This document shows, one piece after another, positions 18,732-28,336 of a stretch of DNA of 64,000 nt; the stretch's first letter is position 1; every line of letters begins with the position of its first letter. The stretch is from Verrucomicrobiota bacterium (GTDB taxonomy: Bacteria; Verrucomicrobiota; Verrucomicrobiia; Limisphaerales; CANJSG01): contig JBBQXJ010000011.1 of assembly GCA_038209745.1 (NCBI GenBank), forward strand, positions 1 through 64,000, given 5' to 3'. Made by a program: the position numbers and the translations under genes. The notes under the pieces were generated by a model, which had not been told where the DNA came from, searched no databases, and saw only the letters and a list, made by a program, of their open reading frames with translations.

Positions 18732-20105
18732 ATGACGCTGACTGAAAAAGTCCTGGCCCGCGCCGCCGGGAAAGCATCGGTTCAAGCCGGTGACAATATC
18801 TGGGTGAGCGCGGACGTATTGATGACCCACGACGTCTGTGGCCCGGGGACCATCGGCGTCTTCAAACGGGAGTTCGGCCAAGACGCCAAGGTCTGGAACA
18901 AAGATAGGGTGGTCATCATTCCCGACCACTACATCTTCACTGCCGACTCCAAGTCGAATCGGAACGTGGACATTCTCCGCGATTTTTCCAGAGAGCAGGG
19001 TTTGCCCTACTTTTACGACGTGATCGACGATCCGGAGGGGCAGTGGAAATTCGATCCATCCAAGGGGCTTTTGAAGCGCCAGTATGGGTCGAACTACGCG
19101 GGAGTCTGCCACGCGGCGCTGCCCGCGAAAGGCCACACCCGGCCCGGGGAAATCTTGTTCGGAACCGATTCCCACACCTGCATGGCGGGCGCGTTCAATC
19201 AGTTCGCCACCGGCATCGGAAACACAGACGCCGGCTTTGTCATGGGGACCGGAAAACTGCTCATCAAGGTGCCGGAGACGATGCGTTTCCGATTGGAAGG
19301 CAAGCTCCAACCGGGAGTGATGGCCAAAGACATCATCCTTCATGTGATTGGTGAAATCGGTTTTGATGGAGCGACTTATCGGGCGATGCAGTTCGACGGT
19401 TCAGGGATCGCCAGCTTGTCGATGGACGACCGGATGACCATCGCCAACATGGCCATCGAAGCGGGCGGCAAGAATGGTATTTTCCCCTTTGACTCCCGCA
19501 CGGCTGAATATGTCGAAGCGCGGACGCAACTGAACGGCACCAAATCTCGCTACGAGCCGGTTGAGGCCGACTCGGACCAACGCTTCGTCTTCGAACTGGT
19601 TGTCGACCTTGATCGCCTCGAGCCAACCGTGGCTTGCCATCCCGACCCCGGCCAGAGGAAGCGGGCGAAAGACATGTCGGACGTCAAGTTGGACCGAGCT
19701 TATGTCGGTTCCTGCACCGGCGGGAAAACGAGTGATTTCGTGGAATTTGCCCGCATATTGAACGGCCACAAAGTCAGCATCGACACCTTCGGGGTGCCTG
19801 CGACCCCGGATATTGTCCGAGAGCTCCAGTCCACCCGCTGGGGAACCCGGACCATCTGGCAAATCCTTGAAGAGGCCGGCGTCAGAATGACCGAGAACGC
19901 GGGTTGTGCCGCCTGTCTCGGTGGCCCCGTGGATACGTTTGGTCGCATGAACCAGCCCGGTCTCAAGTGCATCAGTGCCACCAACCGCAACTTTCCGGGA
20001 CGGATGGGACACAAAGAGTCGCAAGTTTTCTTGGCTTCCCCAGCGACCGTCGCAGCGAGCGCAATCACCGGTAGAATCACCGACCCCCGAGAATACGTGT
20101 CATGA
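18732..20105 (+). CDS. leuC: 3-isopropylmalate dehydratase large subunit (aconitase family)
   Basis: MTHD, IPDH, GTDSHT, GSCTGG, CAACLG, STNRNFPGRMG-like motif. Confidence 0.85.
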   Translation: MTLTEKVLARAAGKASVQAGDNIWVSADVLMTHDVCGPGTIGVFKREFGQDAKVWNKDRVVIIPDHYIFTADSKSNRNVDILRDFSREQGLPYFYDVIDDPEGQWKFDPSKGLLKRQYGSNYAGVCHAALPAKGHTRPGEILFGTDSHTCMAGAFNQFATGIGNTDAGFVMGTGKLLIKVPETMRFRLEGKLQPGVMAKDIILHVIGEIGFDGATYRAMQFDGSGIASLSMDDRMTIANMAIEAGGKNGIFPFDSRTAEYVEARTQLNGTKSRYEPVEADSDQRFVFELVVDLDRLEPTVACHPDPGQRKRAKDMSDVKLDRAYVGSCTGGKTSDFVEFARILNGHKVSIDTFGVPATPDIVRELQSTRWGTRTIWQILEEAGVRMTENAGCAACLGGPVDTFGRMNQPGLKCISATNRNFPGRMGHKESQVFLASPATVAASAITGRITDPREYVS

Positions 20106-20176
20106 ATCAGCGATTTGACTTCAGCAGTCTCAAGCACCTGCCGATACTATGCCGGCCGGCAACAGCAGCTTTTGGT

Positions 20177-20204
20177 TTGACACAATCCATCGAATTCCTA
20201 TTTT
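20177..20204 (+). promoter_or_regulatory. Putative sigma-70 promoter
   Basis: TTGACA-16 nt-TATTTT upstream of the FecR-domain gene. Confidence 0.4.
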
Positions 20205-20242
20205 GCCGGCGGTAACACGGAACATTTCTGGAGCAAATTTCT

Positions 20243-21064
20243 ATGAACAAAACAGCAACTCTCTCGGTTTACGCCGCTGCGGTGGGTCTCTTTGCAGTCT
20301 GCGGGGGCCTCTCTGATGCCATGGCTCAGGTCAAGTCGGGCAAGGCGAAGGTGACTGCGGCAGGCGAGGGTTCGCGCTATTCGACCTCCGCTGATGTTTG
20401 GCTTCCACTCAAAACGGGCAGCTCGCTGCCAGAGGGTGCCATCATCGCGACGGCCGCCGCTCCGTCGGATCTCAGAATCGACAATTCGGTCGTCCGCGTT
20501 CAACCCAACTCCACCCTCAAGCTGGACAAGCTGGCTGGCGGCAGTGCTGCGGGCGTCCGAGTGATCGACACCCAGCTAAACCTAGCGGACGGAGCCATTG
20601 GAGCCAACATCCGCAAGCTGGCCGCTGGTGCCCGCTACGAGGTCAAGACCCCGGGCGGCGTGGCAGGTATCCGTGGAACCAAGATCGCCGTCAAAACGAT
20701 GGTCTTGAACGGCAAACGCATCACGATCTATTCCGCCGTCGAAGGCACCTGTGATGTCGCCGAAACCACTCCCGCTGGCGTTGTAACCGTGGTCCTTAAC
20801 ATGGGTGAATCGTTCATCACGGGTGACGTAACCGCAGGCGAATCTGTCAATATTCCCGGATTTGGGCAGGTCACCATCACCGGCAAGCCCATGGCCACTC
20901 CTTCGGCATACGCGGCGACATTCGTGATCCCGCAATTCCCCTCGGGCCAAACCGGCACTACCACCACTGTAACGGTGCCAAATCCTGAAGACCACACTTC
21001 ATCGACTGTAGGTCGGCCGGGAACTCCTTCTCCCGGAAATGGCGGCTCTGAAGGCGGACAGTAA
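20243..21064 (+). CDS. Secreted FecR-domain protein
   Basis: Signal peptide; VRVQPNSTL...YEVKTPGGVAGIRGT. Confidence 0.8.
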   Translation: MNKTATLSVYAAAVGLFAVCGGLSDAMAQVKSGKAKVTAAGEGSRYSTSADVWLPLKTGSSLPEGAIIATAAAPSDLRIDNSVVRVQPNSTLKLDKLAGGSAAGVRVIDTQLNLADGAIGANIRKLAAGARYEVKTPGGVAGIRGTKIAVKTMVLNGKRITIYSAVEGTCDVAETTPAGVVTVVLNMGESFITGDVTAGESVNIPGFGQVTITGKPMATPSAYAATFVIPQFPSGQTGTTTTVTVPNPEDHTSSTVGRPGTPSPGNGGSEGGQ

Positions 21065-21120
21065 CGGCTGATAGTTTTCGAAACCCGGAGCAACTACCGT
21101 TGTTCCGGGTTTTTCCATTT

Positions 21121-23412
21121 ATGCGACGCGTCCAAGCAACTCTCCCGGTTGCCATCACTGCCGCCGTAATCGCGCTGGTGGCATTGCTTGAGTGGCTTCC
21201 TAGTTGGTCAAAATCGGCGGCTTGGCTGCAACGTCCGGAGTGGGTCACCTACGATCTCCGGATGAAGATGGCCGCTAGACGGACCACGCCTGAAGAATTC
21301 GGTTCGTCGCCTTTCGGCTTCGTTTTGATCAGCGATTTGAGCATTCGCACAATCAACGACGGGGATTTGGGTTATAGATCCGGCCTGTTTTGGCCAAAGC
21401 ACCTCTACGGATACCTTGCTGAAGAACTGGCGACGGAAGGTGCCACTGCGGCCGGGTTCGATGTCCTTTTCGGTGAAGAGCGCACGGATCAGCCAGCCCG
21501 TTGGCCCGACGGTGCGGTTATGACATCCGATGGCTCGGTGGTGACTTCTGATAAACTGTTTGCGGATTTGTTGAGCCGGACGGCGATCGGGATTCTGGCG
21601 TCCACTGATGGCCTGATGCCGGCGAACATTTTCCGAGAGTCGGGAGCGCAGATCGGTGACATCAGCGCCCAAGCAGACGACGACGGGATTTTGCGAAGGG
21701 CGCACCCTTTTCACGACTATCCTCGGTTGTGGCGTTCCGAAGTTCAAAAATGGGCCGCCTACCAAAATGCCGATTTAGCGAAAGCCGTCATTGAACGAAA
21801 CAGAATCGTGGTTCCTGGCGTCAGAGGAAACACCAATAAATATCACCTGCCTCTAGATCAAAATGGCCATTTCTCCGTCACGAACAACGGAGGGAAAGTC
21901 TTCTCTTACGAGGAAAAGCCGTTTGAGTCTGTTCGCGTTTGGCATATGGGGCTGATCTTGGCCGCAAAACGGCTCGGGCTCGATCTCTCACGTGCGAAGC
22001 AAAAGGCAGGAGCCCTTTTCATTCCCGGCACAAACGGGTTGAGCAGAACCATTCCTTTGGCGCAGGACGGCACCTTTTTGATCAACTGGCGCGCTTCCCT
22101 GCGAACCACGAATTCTATCCTGAAAGAATCGTTCGAAGGCGTCTTGGCCAAAGGGATTCAGCGTCAGATGGACCCGCCAGCCGAGCCCGCAGCGAATTCG
22201 TGGTCGAATCGACTGGCGATCATCGGTTCGGTGGCATCCGGAAACGGCGTCACTGATCGTGGTCCGACACCTCTTTCGCCCCAGGACTTTCTGGTCGGGA
22301 AGCACTGGAACATAGCCGACATGGTCTTCCGCGAGCGATACATACGCCAGACGGGCACGCTCGCGACGATCGCGTTGATTGCCGCAATGGCTTTGCTCGC
22401 CGCAGGCATCAGTTGGAAGTTCGGGGCTCTCGAGTCGGCACTGTCAGTGTTGGCCCTATGTTCGATCTATGTGGTCGTGGCGGTCTGGCTTTTCATTCAG
22501 GCTGGATGGTGGATTCCGATCGTCCTTCCGGTGGGTGGTGGAATGATCGGGAACTACGTCGCTCTGGTGACCTATCGGTTTCGGACGGAGCAAGGCGAAA
22601 AACGCCGAGTGAAGTCGGTCTTTTCCAAGATCGTTTCTCCGAACATCGTCAACGAGCTGCTCAATACGGAGAATCTGAAGCTCGGCGGTTCTCGCCGGAA
22701 GATCACGGTCTACTTTTCGGATGTTCGTGGATTTACCGCGTTTATGGACGCTCGCGAAAAGGAGACCGACGCCTGTATCCGTGACAACTCGCTTTCTGCG
22801 GAAGCTGCGGACCTTTATCGGGATGAACAGGCGGCAAAGAACCTGCGAACGATCAATTCCTACCTCGCAACCATTGCAGACACGGTTAAGCGACACGACG
22901 GCACGCTCGATAAATACATGGGTGATTGTGTGATGGCGTTTTGGGGAGCACCAACGCCCCAGGAAGACCACGCGTTGCGGTCGGTGAATGCGGCGATCGA
23001 ATCCCAGCGCGCCATCGAGGCTCTGAACGAACTCTCGCGAGTGGAGAACGCGCGCCGCGTCACAGACAATGCGCGCCGCGCCGCCGATGGACTGCCTCCT
23101 TTGCCGGAACTCCCAGAAATCTCGCTGGGCACGGGCATCAACACGGGCTTTGTGACCGTCGGTTTGATGGGCTCCGACGCGCACATACTCAATTACACGG
23201 TCTTCGGCAGCGAGGTGAACCTTGCAAGCCGCTTGGAAGGCTTCTCCGGACGCGGGCGGATCATCATCGGCGAGGCCACGTTCGAGGAGCTCGTGAGGAC
23301 CGATCCTGAGCTCGCCGCCAAGTGCGTCTCAGTCGAAGTGCAGGGCCTCAAGGGCTTCACAAGCGGAATCCGAGCCTACGAGGTGCCTTGGCGTATCCCG
23401 CTCTCTGCGTGA
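21121..23412 (+). CDS. CHASE2-domain class III adenylate/guanylate cyclase
   Basis: N-terminal TM, CHASE2 (GFDVLF, DDDGILRR), 3 TM helices, FSDVRGFT, DKYMGDCVMAFWGAP, YTVFGSEVNLASRLE. Confidence 0.9.
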   Translation: MRRVQATLPVAITAAVIALVALLEWLPSWSKSAAWLQRPEWVTYDLRMKMAARRTTPEEFGSSPFGFVLISDLSIRTINDGDLGYRSGLFWPKHLYGYLAEELATEGATAAGFDVLFGEERTDQPARWPDGAVMTSDGSVVTSDKLFADLLSRTAIGILASTDGLMPANIFRESGAQIGDISAQADDDGILRRAHPFHDYPRLWRSEVQKWAAYQNADLAKAVIERNRIVVPGVRGNTNKYHLPLDQNGHFSVTNNGGKVFSYEEKPFESVRVWHMGLILAAKRLGLDLSRAKQKAGALFIPGTNGLSRTIPLAQDGTFLINWRASLRTTNSILKESFEGVLAKGIQRQMDPPAEPAANSWSNRLAIIGSVASGNGVTDRGPTPLSPQDFLVGKHWNIADMVFRERYIRQTGTLATIALIAAMALLAAGISWKFGALESALSVLALCSIYVVVAVWLFIQAGWWIPIVLPVGGGMIGNYVALVTYRFRTEQGEKRRVKSVFSKIVSPNIVNELLNTENLKLGGSRRKITVYFSDVRGFTAFMDAREKETDACIRDNSLSAEAADLYRDEQAAKNLRTINSYLATIADTVKRHDGTLDKYMGDCVMAFWGAPTPQEDHALRSVNAAIESQRAIEALNELSRVENARRVTDNARRAADGLPPLPELPEISLGTGINTGFVTVGLMGSDAHILNYTVFGSEVNLASRLEGFSGRGRIIIGEATFEELVRTDPELAAKCVSVEVQGLKGFTSGIRAYEVPWRIPLSA

Positions 23413-23475
23413 GCCGTCGCGGATTACCCCGGAACTTTCCGTGCAAACCGAATCTCCACTTTTAGCGTTTTTCCG

Positions 23476-23961
23476 ATGCGTACGGTCTTCTATCGCGGCG
23501 ATTTCGATCCGATGGCCAAAGCCCATCCCAAGGTGGTGCAGCGGGCCGCCCGATTGTTTGATCGGGTGATCGGCGCGGTGGCCAACAATGAAAGCAAGGC
23601 GCCCATTTTTTCCATCCAAGAACGAGGGTCGCTGGTGCAGGAATGCATCTTGGATCCGCAGGACGCGGCTACCAACGGTTTCGCAGACTTGCTCGACACC
23701 TATGCGGAAAACCTCGGTGCACAGGCCGTGATCCGTGGCCTGCGCGCCGTCTTGGACTATGAGTTTGGATTCCAGTTGGCGCTGCTGAACCGAAAATTGA
23801 ACGGACACATGGCAAAGCTCTTCATGATGCCGAAGGCGACCTACACCTTCGTCAACTCGCGGCTTGTGAAAGAGAGCGCTCGACTCGGTGGGGATGTAGC
23901 GCAGTTTGTTCCATCGACGGTTGTCGCCGCGGTACACAAAAAAATCGGGACGCTCCAATGA
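23476..23961 (+). CDS. coaD: Phosphopantetheine adenylyltransferase homolog with degenerate active-site motifs
   Basis: IRGLRAV.D, LALLNRKL, FMMP, GGDV..FVP and synteny with yceD-rpmF; YPGSFDP.TNGH reads YRGDFDPMAKAH. Confidence 0.8.
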   Translation: MRTVFYRGDFDPMAKAHPKVVQRAARLFDRVIGAVANNESKAPIFSIQERGSLVQECILDPQDAATNGFADLLDTYAENLGAQAVIRGLRAVLDYEFGFQLALLNRKLNGHMAKLFMMPKATYTFVNSRLVKESARLGGDVAQFVPSTVVAAVHKKIGTLQ

Positions 23962-24452
23962 AACTTCTAAACGTAGGACTTCGACAACTGGAGACCGGCA
24001 CCGCCCTCGTAACTGGAGAGGTCTCCGCTGCGGATCTTGATCTCGAAGTAGAGGACGAACTGGTCCATCTCAAACATCCCATCCAAGTCGACCTGGAGGT
24101 TCAACGCCTCGAAGAGTCCCTCCTCGCGCGGGGAAGCGTTCTGGTGGTTCTTTCCTGCGAATGCGCCCGCTGCCTGAAGCCCTTCGAGATCCCCTTGGAG
24201 CTGGATCCCTACGACCTGTTTGTGCCCATGGATGGAGAGGACGCGGTCACTCCGGACAATGATTCTGTGGACTTGACTCCATTTTTGAGGGAAGACATCT
24301 TGCTCAGGTTTCCGCAGCATCCGCTGTGTGAACCGAATTGCGGTGGATTGGCCCGCATGCGGCCAGATTCAGCCAATAAATCCGAAACGACCAGCAAGGC
24401 AACGGACAAACCGTCGCTAGCCTGGTCCGAGTTGAACAAGTTAAAATTCTGA
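23958..24452 (+). CDS. yceD: DUF177/YceD family protein
   Basis: CARCL, DL...LREDILL..P..PLC...C.GL; located before rpmF. Confidence 0.9.
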   Translation: MKLLNVGLRQLETGTALVTGEVSAADLDLEVEDELVHLKHPIQVDLEVQRLEESLLARGSVLVVLSCECARCLKPFEIPLELDPYDLFVPMDGEDAVTPDNDSVDLTPFLREDILLRFPQHPLCEPNCGGLARMRPDSANKSETTSKATDKPSLAWSELNKLKF

Positions 24453-24456
24453 ATTT

Positions 24457-24645
24457 ATGGGCGTCCCTAAGCGCAAACCTTCGAAGAGCCGGCAGCGTAT
24501 GCGCCGAGCCTACAACAGCGTTCTCACGCTTCCACGCCTGAGCCCCTGCCCCCAGTGCAGCGCTCCTTTCCAGTCCCACCGGGTCTGCCCCTCCTGCGGC
24601 TGCTATAACGGTCGGCAGGTGATCAACATCGAAGCCGTCGCCTAA
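24457..24645 (+). CDS. rpmF: 50S ribosomal protein L32 (Zn-ribbon form)
   Basis: MGVPKRKPSKSR, CPQC, HRVCPSCG. Confidence 0.97.
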   Translation: MGVPKRKPSKSRQRMRRAYNSVLTLPRLSPCPQCSAPFQSHRVCPSCGCYNGRQVINIEAVA

Positions 24646-24698
24646 CGAATCTGCAAAGAGCGCGATCTGGCCCGAGGCTGTCCGCGCTCTTTCCATTT

Positions 24699-25739
24699 AT
24701 GCGCATCGCGGTCGATGTCATGGGCGGCGACCACGGCATCGGAGTGGTCATTGACGGAGCGCAGCTTGCGTTGGCCGCTGTTCCCGGCATCGAGCAGCTT
24801 GTCCTCGTCGGCGGTTCCGACGAAATCCATGAAGCCCTCAAAAAGAGGGGCTTCAACGACCGTCGCATACTCGTGGAGAACGCCACGGAGGTCCTGACGA
24901 TGCAGGACAAGCCCATGGACGTGTTGCGCAGGAAGAAGAACTGCTCGATGGCCCGCGCCATCGGTTTGGTGCGAGACAAAAAGGCGGACGCCATCGTTTC
25001 TCTGGGCAATACCGGCGGGCTTTTCACTGGTTCGACCGTCCTTCTCCGTCCGATCGAAGGGGTTAAACGAGGTGCCATCGCGACGGTCATTCCGACCCAG
25101 CACAACGAGTTCGTCTTGCTTGATGCCGGAGCGAACATCGAGTGCCGTCCCTTGCATCTCGCGCAGTTCGCCGTCATGGGCAGCATCTACTCCCGCGAAA
25201 TCCTCGGTTACAAACGCCCGCGTGTCGGGGTGTTGAGCAACGGGACCGAGCCGGGCAAAGGCACGGAACTGACCCAGGAGGCCCTGCTTCTAATCGCCAA
25301 GTTGGATTTGGAATTCATCGGCTACGTGGAGGGACACGATCTGTTCGAGAACAGGGTCGAGGTCGTTGTCACGGATGGTTTCGTCGGCAACATCGTGCTC
25401 AAGACCATCGAGAGCCTCGCCAAGGGGATGGTCCATTGGTTGAAGGACGAATTCTCGAAGAATCCGAAGCGCATGCTTGGGGCGCTCCTGGCGAAGAACG
25501 CGCTACGTTCCATCAAGCGCCGCATGGATCCGGACGCCTACGGCGGAGCCCCGTTGCTGGGCTTGAACGGCAACGTCCTCAAGGCGCATGGTTCCGCGAA
25601 AGAACGCTCCATCATGAACGCCATCCGTGTGGCGACGGAGTCGGTCCAACACGGCATAAACGACATTATCCGAGCCGAGATCGCACGTGCCGATTCCGCC
25701 CTACCGGCCGAGGCGACGGCCGAGCGACCCACGCCATGA
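24699..25739 (+). CDS. plsX: Phosphate acyltransferase PlsX
   Basis: IAVDVMGGDH, LDAGAN, DGFVGN, YGGAPLLGL. Confidence 0.97.
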   Translation: MRIAVDVMGGDHGIGVVIDGAQLALAAVPGIEQLVLVGGSDEIHEALKKRGFNDRRILVENATEVLTMQDKPMDVLRRKKNCSMARAIGLVRDKKADAIVSLGNTGGLFTGSTVLLRPIEGVKRGAIATVIPTQHNEFVLLDAGANIECRPLHLAQFAVMGSIYSREILGYKRPRVGVLSNGTEPGKGTELTQEALLLIAKLDLEFIGYVEGHDLFENRVEVVVTDGFVGNIVLKTIESLAKGMVHWLKDEFSKNPKRMLGALLAKNALRSIKRRMDPDAYGGAPLLGLNGNVLKAHGSAKERSIMNAIRVATESVQHGINDIIRAEIARADSALPAEATAERPTP

Positions 25740-26743
25740 ATTCAACATCCCTTCCCTCCGTCGGCCGCTCGTGTTCCATCACCGGCTCCGGCAGCTATGT
25801 GCCCGAGAAGATCCTGACCAATGCGGAGCTGGAGCGGATGGTTGAGACCTCCGACGACTGGATCACCAGCCGGACAGGAATCAAGGAACGCAGGATCGCA
25901 GCGGCAGACGAATTCACCTCGGACATGGCGGCCAAGGCCGCATTGCGCGCGATGGCCTCGGCCGGAGCCACCGCCGAACAGATCGACATGATCATCGTGG
26001 CGACCATCACCCCGGACATGCTCTTCCCTTCGACGGCCTGCTTGGTGCAGCAGAAGATCGGGGCTCGCAAGGCGATCGCGTTCGACATCGAGGCGGCCTG
26101 TTCGGGCTTCGCCTACGCACTGGAGATTGGCCGTCAATTCGTCCAATCGAGCGCGATGGACACGGTCTTGGTGGTCGGCGCTGAGAAGCTTTCCAGCATC
26201 ATCGACTGGACCGACCGGGGAACGTGTGTGCTCTTCGGGGACGGAGCCGGAGCCGCGATCCTCCAACATCGGCCGGGAAGCCGGGGCATCCTCAGCAGCT
26301 GTCTCTGCGCGGATGGATCCAAGGGCGAACTCCTCTGCATGCCGGCGGGCGGCAGCCGGATGCCGGCGACTCCCGAATCCGTTTCCGCCCGCCTTCACTT
26401 CCTGCGGATGGACGGCAAGGAGACCTTCAAGAACGCGGTCCACTCGATGGTGTCATCCGGGCTCGAGGCGCTCCGACGCGCCGGGCTCACGATCAAGGAC
26501 GTCAAACTCGTCATTCCGCACCAGGCGAATCGCCGGATCATCGACGCGGTCGGTGATCGTCTCGATGTCGCCCCCGAACAGGTCTTCGTGAATGTGAATC
26601 GTTACGGAAACACCTCGGCCGCGTCGGTCGCCATCGCGCTGGACGAAGCCGCTTCCCAAGGGTGCCTGGCGCGGGGCGATCTGGTCTTGCTGCTCGTGTT
26701 CGGCGCCGGACTGACCTGGGGTGCTACGGTCGTCGAATGGTGA
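25736..26743 (+). CDS. fabH: Beta-ketoacyl-ACP synthase III
   Basis: AACSGF, LFGDGAGA, PHQAN, GNTSAAS. Confidence 0.97.
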   Translation: MNSTSLPSVGRSCSITGSGSYVPEKILTNAELERMVETSDDWITSRTGIKERRIAAADEFTSDMAAKAALRAMASAGATAEQIDMIIVATITPDMLFPSTACLVQQKIGARKAIAFDIEAACSGFAYALEIGRQFVQSSAMDTVLVVGAEKLSSIIDWTDRGTCVLFGDGAGAAILQHRPGSRGILSSCLCADGSKGELLCMPAGGSRMPATPESVSARLHFLRMDGKETFKNAVHSMVSSGLEALRRAGLTIKDVKLVIPHQANRRIIDAVGDRLDVAPEQVFVNVNRYGNTSAASVAIALDEAASQGCLARGDLVLLLVFGAGLTWGATVVEW

Positions 26744-26801
26744 CCGGGCGGCGACGGCCGTTTGACGGTCGAAGACCGGATGATACGCTTAAGAGTCATT
26801 C

Positions 26802-27116
26802 ATGAGCGCCCGCCGTCATCCACTTCAGCTCGCTGGTTTCTCCTGCGGCGGCAAGGATCTGCTCCTCCGGGTGGCGCCGTGCGACGTCCAGTTTGGCGAC
26901 TTTGGACTGGAGTTCCGTTCACCCTTCTCCCTCCCGCTTTGGATCGAGCTTGAAGTGGAACTGAGCACTGGAGCAGGGAGTCGGCCCAGTGTCCGTCAGG
27001 GCGTCGTGGTCCTCTGTGAGCCGGTCGGTCGCGGTTGCAACCGGGTGGCGTTGCTGTTTGTCGACGGGAAGTGCGACCGACGGGTCGAGCCCTCCGCCAA
27101 TTCGCGTGACAACTGA
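26802..27116 (+). CDS. Hypothetical protein, possibly PilZ-like beta-barrel
   Basis: GLEFRS...EVEL...GVVV.C...VALLF pattern; upstream of pilT. Confidence 0.45.
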   Translation: MSARRHPLQLAGFSCGGKDLLLRVAPCDVQFGDFGLEFRSPFSLPLWIELEVELSTGAGSRPSVRQGVVVLCEPVGRGCNRVALLFVDGKCDRRVEPSANSRDN

Positions 27117-27154
27117 CTGGCTTCGGTCAGGACGCGTTTGTAGGTTCCGGTCCC

Positions 27155-28243
27155 ATGGAAACGTTCCACCGCATCCTTGCCGCCGCAGTTGAAGGCGGCG
27201 CCTCGGATATCCACATCAAGGTCGGCACTCCCGTCGCCTTTCGTATCAACCGCCAGCTGATCGACATCGAGGGACCCATTCCCACGGTCGAATGGATCGG
27301 CAGCGTCCTCGAAAAAGTGATCCCGAAGCACGTCCATGCGCGCTTCGAGACCAACCGCGAAACGGACTTCTCCTATTTCCTTCCGGGGGTCGGGCGTTTC
27401 CGGACGAACGTGTTCCAGCAGCGTGGATCCATGGCGATGGCCATGCGCTACGTTCGTTCACAGGTGCCGGATGCCGTACAGCTCGGGCTGATGCCCATCA
27501 CAAACAATCTGGCGGATGCTCCGCGCGGCATCGTCCTGGTGGCGGGCACGACGGGCTCCGGCAAGTCCACCACGCTGGCGTCGATGATCGAGCACATCAA
27601 CGGCAACAGCCGCCGCCACATCGTCACGCTCGAAGACCCGATCGAATATGTCTTCGAGGACAACCAGTCGATCATCGAACAGCGGGAAGTCGGTCTGGAC
27701 ACGCCGTCGTTCGCCAGCGCGCTCAAGAACGCCCTTCGCCAGGACCCGGACGTCATCATGATCGGCGAGATGCGTGATTCGATCAGCTTCGCCGCCGCCA
27801 TGAACGCGGCGGACACGGGCCATTTGGTTCTTTCGACGGTGCATACCACAAACGCCTCCCAGTCCGTCACCCGCGTGTTGGACTACTTCAAGGCCGAAGA
27901 GCGCGACCAGGTGCGCCGCCAACTTGCCGGCACTTTGAAGGCCGTCATCTGCCAGCGCATGGTACCGAAGATCAGCGGGGGCGTCGTGCCGGCCCAGGAA
28001 ATCATGATCAACACCGGCACGGTCCGGAAGCTGATCGAGGACAACCGGCTGGAGAAGCTGGCGGCCGCCATCGAGACCGGGGGCGAGGACGGCATGCAGG
28101 ACTTCAACCAGGCTCTTTTCAAGCTGGTGCAGGATGGTGTCGTGTCGAAGGAAGAGGCGCTGGAGCGGGCGACCAATCCTGCCGCGTTGGAGATGAATTT
28201 CCAGGGCATCTTCCTCAGCCAGGGCAAACGAATCCTGGGCTGA
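27155..28243 (+). CDS. pilT: PilT/PilU-family type IV pilus retraction ATPase
   Basis: ASDIH, GTTGSGKSTT, TLEDPIE, LRQDPD, GEMRD, TGHLVLSTVH. Confidence 0.9.
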   Translation: METFHRILAAAVEGGASDIHIKVGTPVAFRINRQLIDIEGPIPTVEWIGSVLEKVIPKHVHARFETNRETDFSYFLPGVGRFRTNVFQQRGSMAMAMRYVRSQVPDAVQLGLMPITNNLADAPRGIVLVAGTTGSGKSTTLASMIEHINGNSRRHIVTLEDPIEYVFEDNQSIIEQREVGLDTPSFASALKNALRQDPDVIMIGEMRDSISFAAAMNAADTGHLVLSTVHTTNASQSVTRVLDYFKAEERDQVRRQLAGTLKAVICQRMVPKISGGVVPAQEIMINTGTVRKLIEDNRLEKLAAAIETGGEDGMQDFNQALFKLVQDGVVSKEEALERATNPAALEMNFQGIFLSQGKRILG

Positions 28244-28276
28244 ACCGCCGCCTTCGCCGTCGCTCAAACGCAACAA

Positions 28277-28313
28277 GACCGGAAGCGCCAGTGCTTCCGG
28301 TCCTGTTTGTTTG
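28277..28313. terminator. Probable intrinsic terminator
   Basis: GACCGGAAGC-GCCAGT-GCTTCCGGTC followed by T-rich tract. Confidence 0.6.
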
Positions 28314-28336
28314 TAAGGGCTGCGCGGTGGGTTGGA

